Shown in pieces: positions 54,051 through 64,000 of a DNA stretch of 64,000 nucleotides. A program made the position numbers and the translations under genes. The notes under the pieces were generated by a model that did no database searches, was not told the origin of the DNA, and saw nothing but the letters and a program-made list of their open reading frames with translations. The stretch comes from Hormiphora californensis. Its lineage: Eukaryota > Animalia > Ctenophora. The stretch covers positions 2,542,001 through 2,606,000 of the forward strand of contig CM035352.1 in NCBI GenBank assembly GCA_020137815.1, given 5' to 3'. Each line of letters starts with the position of its first letter. Positions within the stretch are counted from its first letter, which is position 1.

Positions 54051-56474
54051 ATTAAGCCAAAAACTAATTGGAATTAGTTGGCGGGAAAGGTGGCCCACTT
54101 ACACCTTTTGCTACTACCGGGTACCACGAACTGTCATTCTCTTCACGTCACGTCGGTATCTCAATCTCTCTCTCACCCTTTCTCTTTCTCTATTTCACTC
54201 ACCTCTTATATCCCTGATACATTTTAAAATAAAACCCGGCATCAGGCAAAGGTGTAAGTGGGCCACCTTTCCCGCCAACTAATTCCAATTAGTTTTTGGC
54301 TTAATTTAGGTCCCTTTTTGGTTTCTAATGTCAGTATGACATTATTTCATGATGTAAAATTGTCAAAATGATGTGTTATATGAGAAACGAGACGAATTTC
54401 TGTGAAAATCGTAATTTTAGACGTCATTATGACGTCATCTTGACGTAATTAGTGACGTCGTAACGACGTAATTGCATCACGATATATTTTGAATCAATAC
54501 CCCTGAAGGAGCTTGTAAAGTATCATTGACCACAGTGGTCAGGGAAAGGGAGTTTTTGCTCGAAAAACGTTCAATTTGCTGAATTTTTCGTCAAATTTTT
54601 GACTTCCGACGCGATTTAAGGGCTCAAAATGATAAGCTACGAAAATTCGCTATATAGTATCTGAAAGTTCAGACAATTTGCCGGTAACGATTTTTCGTCA
54701 AATCAGAAATCGGAACACGTCTTCAGGGTGCTAGAGGCGTTTGAAAAAAGTTAGTCGGTCGCGCGCAATGACGTCACTCGTGACGTCATTGCGCGCATCA
54801 TAGGTAAGATGGAGAGTCGCCACCCGAATGGGTACATGCACGAGACAATTATCTGTCGAATGCCGCTTGGTTTAAGGTCGTACGATGTCTGGTTCGTCTC
54901 AAACTGGGACCAAACGGAAGGTAACAAAGCGTCTATACATCTATGTATGTATCTATTAAGCCAAAAACTAATTGGAATTAGTTGGCGGGAAAGGTGGCCC
55001 ACTTACACCTTTTGCTGCTACCGGGTACCACGAACTGTCATTCTCTTCACGTCACAGTCGGTATCTCAATCTCTCTCTCTCTCACCCTTTCTCTTTCTCT
55101 ATTTCACTCACCTCTTATATCCCTGATACATTTTAAAATAAAACCCGGCATCAGGCAAAGGTGTAAGTGGGCCACCTTTCCCGCCAACTAATTCCAATTA
55201 GTTTTTGGCTTAATTTAGGTCCCTTTTTGGTTTCTAATGTCAGTATGACATTATTTCATGATGTAAAATTGTCAAAATGATGTGTTATATGAGAAACGAG
55301 ACGAATTTCTGTGAAAATCGTAATTTTGACGTCATTATGACGTCATCTGACGTAATTAGTGACGTCGTAACGACGTAATTGCATCACAATATATTTTGAA
55401 TGAATACCCTGAAGGAGCTTGTAAAGTATCATTGACCACAGTGGTCAGGAAAGGGAGTTTTTGCTCGAAAAACGTTCATTTTACTGAATTTTTCGTCAAA
55501 TTTTTGACTTCCGACGCGATTTAAGGCCTCAAAATGATGAGCTACGAAAATTCGCTATATAGTATCTGAAAGTTCAGACGATTTGCCGGTAACGATTTTT
55601 CGTCAAATCAGAAATCGGAACACGTCTTCAGGGTGCTAGAGGCGTTTGAAAAAAGTTAGTCGATCTCGCGCAATGACGTCACTCGTGACGTCATTGCGCG
55701 CGTCATAGGTAAGATTGAGAGTCGCCACCCAAATGGGTACATGCACGAGACAATTATCTGTCGAATGCCGCTTAGTTTAAGGTTGTACGATGTCTGGTTC
55801 GTCTCAAACTGGGACCAAACGGAAGGTAATAAAGCGTCTATACATCTATCTATCTATCTATCTATCTATCAACCTAGTTATCCCCACACTGAATTTTCTG
55901 TTTTGGGGGTGGTGTTATAACTTTTGAACAAAATGAGCTAGCCACTTGAAAATTTTTACCATCGATAGATGTCTACAAGAAGCTTCTGAGTACAAAATTT
56001 CAGCTTCCTAGCTCATCCGGTTCCGGAGTTATGGCGTGTCAAAAAGTGCCAAAATGGGCTAAAAGTATGAAATAACTATATATACGCTGTGAGCAAGCGG
56101 GCCGTTTTTGGGGGAATTTTTTTCGGGGAGTTGGATGGGGCCACCTTTGCGCTTGCCAGCGCAGTGATGTATCAACCTAGTTATCCCCACACTGAATTTT
56201 CTGTTTTGGGGTTGGTGTTATAACTTTTGAACAAAATGAGCTAGCCACTTGAAATTTTTACCATCGATAGATGTCTACAAGAAGCTTCTGAGTACAAAAT
56301 TTCAGCTTCCTAGCTCATCCGGTTCCGGAGTTATGGCCTGTCAAAAAGTGCCAAAATGGGCTAAAAGTATGAAATAACTATATATACGCTGTGAGCAAGC
56401 GGGCCGTTTTTTGGGGGAATTTTTTTCGGGCGGTTGGATGGGGTCACCTTTGCGCTTGCCAGCGCAGTGATAAT
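54051..56474 (+). mobile_element. Helentron/DINE-1-like non-autonomous element (copy 2) with internally duplicated modules (A-A-B-B)
   Basis: Module A about 905 bp twice (about 54051-54955 and 54956-55850) and module B about 300 bp twice (about 55868-56168 and 56170-56474). Sub-TIR AAAGGTGGCCC / GGG(C/T)CACCTTT next to the 3' hairpin TGCGCT-tgcc-AGCGCA. An (ATCT)n tract lies at the A/B junction. Confidence 0.75.
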
Positions 56475-57300
56475 ATGCTGGTGCTGCCGTAGCTGAGACA
56501 CCGATGGATTCAGTAAAAAGGAGACTTGAGAGTGAACTTTCCAAGACATTATCCGTTCCAATACCGCCCCAGTGTTGTTCAAATTAAAACAATTGGATCT
56601 ACAAAGTGTAAAAACTTCGTAAAATGACACCACATATTCATAGATAACTTCCACACAAAAAAAAACATATTGAAAAAGTAAAACCTCGATTTATTTTCAG
56701 AGTTTACTGCATAATACTCGCTTCCCAAGAAATAATCTTCTCTACATATTACTTAGTTGTTACAGGTTGTTGTGCAAGGGCGCCTGGAGGGAAGGCTAAA
56801 GAACACACCTTACAGGGGGCACGAAAAACGGTTTTAATTAGAGTGAGAAAGAAAGAAATAAAAGAGAGAGAGACAACTTTGGGCTACACCTGTAGTTCTT
56901 ATCTAGGGCACATAATATTATATTCGCTGCCCTCCACTACATTAAATTTCTAAAACCAGGCTAATAATTTTATTAAACAAATTATAGGCAGCATATTACA
57001 TACACATTTCTAATTCTATTTTCTCCTCAACTGTATGTGAAGATAACATAATTTATTCTTCTCTTACCTTAGAAATAGAAAATTGGAGCCATATATTGAG
57101 AAGGGGTATATAAAATAGGGACAGAAGAGCTGAATATTAGAAGGGGTATGTTAGATGTAGCATGTCCCTATATAACATGTTAGATTCACAATGTGATCAT
57201 CCCCCTTTGGGTACACATGGGTAGACACAATCTAAAGGCACATGATAAACCTAGCACATACACACACATATCTCTCATTAGTGTCCCCTCTCTGATCTCT

Positions 57301-60300
57301 CTACATATAGTCCATCAGTTTCTTGACTGTATCGAGACACCGCCATTTATCGGGAAGGTAGAAGGGCTCGTAGATGTATGGGAAGGGGGTGTCCCAACCA
57401 GCAACACGCTGAACTGGCGCCTCCAGGTGGAGGAAGCACTTCTCCTGAAGTTAATTGGATAATTAGTAGGATAATTAGTATGATAATTAGTAGGATAATT
57501 AGTAGAGATAATTAGTAGGATAATTAGTAGAGATAATTTATTGAGCAGGGGTGGCCCCAGCACGGATATTTTGGGGGGGTGGTCAATCCCGAAACCAAGT
57601 GACCGAGGTGCCGCGAAGCGGCGCCGAGGGAGCTGCGGCAGGGGGTTTGGGGGGCGCAGCCCCCCAACGGGGTCCAGGGGCAGAGCCCTTGGCGGGGGCT
57701 AGGGGGCGGAGCCCCCGGAAAATTTTTAGATTTTTGATGAATTTTGAGCAATCTAGAACCACTTTTGAACAATTTTCAGCCATCCAAGATTTTTAGCGAC
57801 CGAAAAATTTTAAGTTTGATGAATTTTAAGCAATTTAGAACAATAGAATAACGATTTTCAGCCGTTGGTGTGTGTTAGGGGGCGAAGCTCCCGGAAAATT
57901 TTAGATTTTGAAGAATTTATGCAATCTCAATCAAATTTTTGGACAGTTTTCAGCCATTTAAGAAAAATCTCCAACCATATTTAGCCCTCGTTATGATGGA
58001 AAGGGGCGAAGCCCCAGGAAAATTGTAATTTTATGAATTTTAAGCAATTTAGACCGATATAATATCGATTGTCAGCTATTGGTGTGGGTAAGGGGGCGAA
58101 GCCCCCGGAAAATTTTGATTTTTGACGAATTTCAAGCTATTTAGAACACATTTTTCAACCATTTTACCACCCCCGACAACCCCTATCTGAAAATCTTTGG
58201 GGGGGTGGCCACCCCCCCACCACCCCAGGCTGGGGCCACCACTGTTATTGAGTAGGAAGAAACATATATACATACTTAGATGGATGCAATCATATGACAT
58301 CTAATATATAACGTCATATAAACGAATTATAAACAGTGATAAAAGATTTATAAATTAGCACTGCTTGATAATAAAAACTCGAGGCTCTATATAAAATATT
58401 GAAAACTCTATTTAACAATTAACATACGTCTTATTTACCTGGAGTCTAGCAGCTATTTCCGCTCCAAATCCTTGGGTTAACGGAGCCTCGTGGACCACCA
58501 TTGCTTTCCCCGTCTTTTTAACGGACTGAAATCATTGAACCGTTAGATAGCAAAACATACCTCTTTGACATACCCATGTTATAAACTCTCGACTCACTGA
58601 ACATGAGACTTGACCCCCTCCCCATCTTGACCGACAAGTACCGACCCCCCTCCCCATCTTGACCGACAAGTACCGACATCCTCAACTTACCGCTTCAATG
58701 GTCTGTGCATCATAGGGGACGATGGTTTGTAGATCAATAACTTCACAAGATACCCCGAGTTGCTCTTGAGCCATAGCAGCCACTTCAAGAAGGACGTGGA
58801 CCACTGTACCCCAGCCAATCATCGTGATGTCCGTACCTGCCAAGCGAAGATATAATGGAGGGAGGGGGTTCAGGGTAGATAGATCGATAGACTAAAGAGG
58901 GAGACGAGAGAGACTAGAGAGCTGACGATTTAACGGACAGGGGATGGGGTAGCACGGGGATAAGAGAGGAGACAGCATAAAAGAGAGACACGCTGATAGA
59001 GCGACTCATAATATGTAGAGATAGAGATGGGATGAGAGATAGAGATGGGATGAGAGATAGAGATGGGATGAGAGATAGAGATGGGATGAGAGATAGAGAT
59101 GGGATGATCTATTTCTCCTAGAGAGTGAGTGATGGGGAAGTCATCAGAGATGAGAAAGCCAGTCATCTCTTACTACAGATTTAATACATAAAGAGAGAAA
59201 TATAACATGCGGGGAAAGGGGGAGAGCTGCAGTTATGATGGTTTTGTATGGGGCACAAAGTAATTTGCTAGTGCTCCTCTTCTTTGAAGAATGCCCTAGC
59301 AGAAGGATTCCTCCCTAGCTCCCCCCTCACCAGTCTATGGCCCCCTTTCTGGGGATCATGGAGAGTTTGTCTAGTTCTCACAAGACCCTCATCACCCATA
59401 TTTTCATCGCAAGGAGGAGAGGTAAATTAACCTTAAATAAAAGGTAAAACTAATTTAACTAATACAGACCATGATATACCGAGTTGAAGAATGCCCTAGC
59501 AGAAGGATTCCTCCCTAGCTCCCCCCTCACCAGTCTATGGCCCCCTTTCTGGGGATCATGGAGAGTTTGTCTAGTTCTCACAAGACCTTCATCACCCATA
59601 TTTTCAGCGCAAGGAGGAGAGGTAAATTAACCTTAAATAAAAGGGAAAACTAATTTAACTAATACAGTCAGACCATGGTATACCGGGTTGTTCGGGGGAA
59701 GGGGTTCGCCCGGTATATATATATCGATGTGAAATACCGTCAACTTCCTACATCAGGGGGAATTATCCTCCCGGTAAATCGGGATTCCGGTAAATAGGGG
59801 TCCGACTATATTATTATATGAGACATATATTATGCATTTAATTGGTTTTAAAGGTAGAGGGGCATTGCCCATTGTGTTGAGCCAAGGACTGGATTGTTTA
59901 TTTACTACTACTTTAACAATGTTGTGATAGTGCTAACAAGTATAGAAGTGTGGGCGTGATCTAGTCACTAAGTAGAAAGTCACTAGCCCAGAGCCCTACA
60001 CCGCGGCAACCCCGCTCGGCAAGAAGTTTTACTTCTTGGCTCACTAGACAAACCCAGCAATAGTCTAGTCTATTAGATCCGTCTTCTAGACCACCCTCTA
60101 GTATTATACTAATAACATAAAGGCCATGGGTGCGGTTCAAGTAAGGATTTTTGGTAACTTTCCCTGCTCTGCAAGAAGGCCCTGTTTATCCTGTTTCCAG
60201 GGACCCGGTTATATAGGCTCCTTTTTCCAATGTTTTATGAACCTTCCCTCGTTATACCCCATATTCAGCCATGGTACCGGGGAGGGGGAGGGGTGTTCTA

Positions 60301-60594
60301 CATACCTTGTCTCACAATCTCAGCCTGTGACAGAGGGATAGTATAGGTTCCAGTGGGTACCTCCTCGGCTGAAAAAAGGGTGTGTGTTACTTTGGGGCTG
60401 AGTTAGAGACTTTTATTTGGGGGTTGTGTATTAGGGACTTCGTGTGTTACAGGGGTAGATAATAGAGGTTTGAATGGAGTTTTCAAACCACACAATATGA
60501 CCTGACACACGCCACGGGTTTTCAATGGTAGACACAAAAACCGATTTTTCCCTACGCCAAAGTGCTAACATACACTTTCTTTTATCAAATTATG

Positions 60595-60659
<65 letters not shown>

Positions 60660-61027
60660 CTCTCCCTCTCTCTCTCATGGCCATCTTGCTGAAGGGAAAC
60701 CCCAGAGTTAAACGATTTAGTGTATTGGTAGCTCTCCTGAGCTGTGCATGTACACATTGGTATAGACAAATAAACTAAATCCGGTGCCTTTTTTCTGCCG
60801 ACAGCAGCAGTAGACCTGACACACACACTTGGGGTAATGTCACGCAATCACTGTTTACACCAACCTGCTAGTCGGTAAAGAATCTTGGGCTCGAAGAAGA
60901 TGCATGGGTTTTCATCTCTAATACAGGAAAGGAGGAGTCCCTTTGCCTGGATAGGTCCTCTTGGGACGACCACCTGTGGAGAGAGCGTTAGAAAGAGAGA
61001 TATAGAGAGATAGAGAGGGAGATTGAT

Positions 61028-61066
<39 letters not shown>

Positions 61067-62663
61067 GAAAAGGCGCTAGATAGAGAGAGACTCTGTGGTA
61101 CCTTTCGTTTTCCCACGATCAAACGCTTAATATCCTGTCGCAATTACGGGGCTTTGATTCAAAGCCCCGCAATAGCGACTTGACTTCGTGAGAAAACTAA
61201 ATTGAGGGTACAATTTAGACCTGTGGAATGGGAAGTTACGGGGTACGATGAGTATCATGAATTTATTTGATCTTGCGGAGTAACATTATATCCCCCCCTC
61301 GCCCAGTTGCATCAGATGTATGTGATAATAAGTTTGTTGATTCACGTCACATCACTAGATACTAATTATGCACGGCCAAGAATTGCGTCAGCAGCTGTTG
61401 CTCAATACTACCATTACCTTTAGACCGGGACAATGTGCAAAATATGCCTCGGGACATTGTGAGTGATAGAGGGCACCATGGCCTACAGCACCCCATGGGG
61501 CCCGGACAGTTAGTCGGCCACAATTGTACTCGTTCCCTGATCTATAACGGAATTTGGCAGCTTCGTTCACCAGCTGAAAATAAGGGGGTGTTTAGTTAGG
61601 TGGTGTGAAGGACCAAAAAGAATAAAAGCCGAGACGCATATGTTGAGAAATGAGATGTCTCAGCGAGGGGATATATATATTTTATGTTCTTTGAGACATG
61701 CTAAATGTTACCCGTTTACCAACATGAGGAGTCGGCAAAGCAAGATAAAACTTTGCGGCATAAACCAGCAACTGAAAAATAAACAAACATCCTGCTTGAA
61801 TAATCAGAATGTGAATATTTATTTTTCCAACGGAATCTAAATTCCATGCGATTCACCGGGTGGCCGGGGAAGGGCGACAGCACGATTAATCTGGAGGGGG
61901 TGTGCGGACTCTAGTGCTACACTCTAAGTCTACAGTGGACTCTATATCTAAATTTAGATTTAGATAAAGAGTCCAAATAAGTCTAAACTCTAGGAGGACT
62001 CTTTATCTAAAAAGTCTACACAGGGCGGACTCTTTATCTAAAAAGTCTAAACAAAGTGGACTCTATATCTACATAAATCTAAATTAGATATAGAGTCCGC
62101 CTTTCGCCGCGAACTCGAGATTTCGGCCGTTAGGCCGGAAACGAGAGTTTGCTCTACCCCTATACTAATTTAGAAGTGTTAGGGCCGTTATTTGGGTTCG
62201 AGGTTAGGGTTAGGGTTAGTGTTAGGGTTAGGTTTTGGGTTGGGTTAGGATTTTAGACATAGAGTCCGGGTTGGAGGATTTGGCGCCAAAATGTACTAGA
62301 GGACTCTATATCTAAAAATTCTACACAGTACACAGGGCGGACTCTTTATCTAAAAAGTCTACACAGGGAGGACTCTTTATCTAAACTTTTTTCAAAATCT
62401 AACTGTAGATAAAGAGTCCGTTTTTAGATATAGAGTCCGCCTTGGATTTAGATAAAGAGTCCGTTAGCACTAGAGTCCGCCCACCTCTGGAGGGATATCT
62501 GGATAAACTGAGTTCTGAATTGTAAATACCTGATCGAAACCGGGGAAAATGTAGTCAGCAAACTGTATTTCAGCGATTGCGGTAGAACCGGCGGCGGCTG
62601 CCCCAATACCGAACCCGATAATTCCCTGCTCAGTCAGAGGTGTGTTGAATACTCTGTTCGCAC
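57301..62663 (-). CDS. BCKDHB: Branched-chain 2-oxoacid dehydrogenase E1 beta subunit, last 7 exons (5' exons not found in the window)
   Basis: Exons 62663-62530, 61573-61418, 60973-60865, 60368-60306, 58836-58691, 58525-58439, 57444-57301. Motifs [88 protein letters not shown] and [18 protein letters not shown]. Confidence 0.96.
57546..58244. mobile_element. 699-bp non-autonomous hAT-type element
   Basis: 8-bp TSD TTATTGAG on both sides. TIR CAGGGGTGGCCCCAGC / GCTGGGGCCACCACTG. Internal degenerate repeats GGGGCGAAGCCCCCGGAAAATTTT. Confidence 0.9.
59017..59107. repeat. 18-bp tandem repeat (AGATAGAGATGGGATGAG) x5
   Basis: Direct repeats. This array is the source of the spurious HPISIS ORF. 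Confidence 0.88.
59284..59690. repeat. ~200-bp direct tandem duplication in a BCKDHB intron
   Basis: TTGAAGAATGCCCTAGCAGAAGGATTCC... occurs at about 59285 and 59484 with few differences. Confidence 0.9.
61899..62485. mobile_element. 587-bp non-autonomous element with 9-bp TSD (Mutator/Merlin-type), GGACTCT(A/T)TATCT subterminal repeats and a central TTAGGG-like tract
   Basis: TCTGGAGGG|GGTGTGCGGACTCTAGTGCTA ... TAGCACTAGAGTCCGCCCACC|TCTGGAGGG. Confidence 0.88.
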
Positions 62664-64000
62664 CTGTGGGGCATAGGGTGAATTGAAGTGCTCGCTGATA
62701 GGAGGATAGAGCTGTACCGGGGGGGAGAGAGGGGAGGAAGGACGAGAGAAAGAGAGGGGGGAAAGAGAGAGGGGAAGAGAGAGGGGAGAGAGAGAGAGAG
62801 AAAGAGGGAGTGGTGCGAGTTAATTACTATAAACGTTGTTGTGTGCGTGTCACACGTCAGAGGTTAATTGTTGCAAAATTGTTCTCGTGTCGTGATTATT
62901 ATGAACATTCAAACATTTGAAATTATTGCTCAAACTTTAAGGGGGGGTTTTTTTAAAAAGGGGGGTTTTAAAAAAATTTTAAAAAAACCCCCGCTTCTCT
63001 TTTCTTCTTCTTCTTCTCTTTCTCTCTCTTCTATTTTTTAAATTTTTCTCTTTTTAATCTTTTCTCTCCTCTCTCTCTTTACCCTCTATCTCTCCCCCTC
63101 TCCCCTTTTCCCCTCTCTCCCCTCTCTCTCTCTTCTCTCTCTCTTTCTAAAAACCCATAAAAAAGAGAGAACTTTTTGAACTACACGCACTGATCTCAAT
63201 GTTATTCAACACATAATATAACACACAATAGAGCTATACAAGTGGGATATAATATCAAATGTTAACAAACGCTTACATTATTTACAGGTTATCCTTCTCC
63301 TAATACTGATACAAAGAACCTATAATAAGAAGGGTCACATGTCAAGACTTATTGGGATCCGTTATATTCCTGAGTTTCGGTTTGGTACAATGTGGCGCCT
63401 GTAAATCCCAGTGACACATATACACGTGTTTCAGTATGTTATAGTATGTTATAGTATGTTATAGTATGATGGAGTGTAGAGTGTGTAATTTAGAATTATT
63501 CTCACAGTAAAACATAAAATACTAATTATCACTTTCCGTTTTTTCAATGCGGGTGTTTTCATGAGTAGTCAATGTATAAGACTTGGCTCCATTGCAACCT
63601 ATTCTCGCTCCGCGAAGAATAGGCTCCCGGCCTGTGGACAGCAAGAACTCACGTGCGCGCGATGTAAAGCACGTTTTCAGCAGTGGGACTATCAAATCGC
63701 GCGCGACATACTGTTTTAGCAGGCATTTTTAGCCGACATAGCACTACCAATACCCCAATTACCGCCTCAATTGGCACTTTGATGTATCGGCGGGTATTTT
63801 CCCATACTCACAAGGCCATGACGATTCACCCAGTACCAGCAGATTGTCCCAGGACCGAGTAGGAGCTTGCAGCCAGGTCTTTAAAGAATTACTCATGTTT
63901 AGCGTCAATTTTGACCCACTATTCCTCAAATGCTGATATTCGCGGGTATTTTCCGTAAAACTAGAGACAATTATCTGCCAGGAGCAACAAACGAGATGCA

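Noticed and set aside
62202-62250. True telomere
   Set aside because: It is short, degenerate and internal to a TSD-flanked element in an intron.

Overview
Eukaryotic (animal) genomic DNA with short GT-AG introns, abundant (GA)n/(CT)n microsatellites and many small non-autonomous transposons. The organism cannot be identified from sequence alone. Eight protein genes are supported: an M13 zinc peptidase (neprilysin/ECE-like, +); a tightly packed minus-strand trio of NOL10, FNTA and taxilin; a long coiled-coil gene (+, possibly ANKRD26/CCDC144-like); TENT5/FAM46 (+); the 3' part of BCKDHB (-); and the standout, a small antisense gene nested in a 5.7-kb intron of the coiled-coil gene. That nested gene encodes a signal peptide followed by 25 copies of a 9-aa His-rich unit (ERRHHHGVE). 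Its repeat variants are almost all synonymous, so it is a candidate undescribed multi-copy secreted peptide precursor or metal-binding protein. Most start codons lie directly behind a splice-acceptor-like AG, which with the dense co-oriented trio suggests SL trans-splicing or an operon (inference). Parts of the window (about 2.6-4.5 kb, 6.4-10.2 kb and 62.9-63.2 kb) look like unpolished long-read sequence, and several single-base frameshifts in conserved genes are probably sequencing errors. Exon boundaries were read by eye and family calls come from remembered motifs, not database searches.
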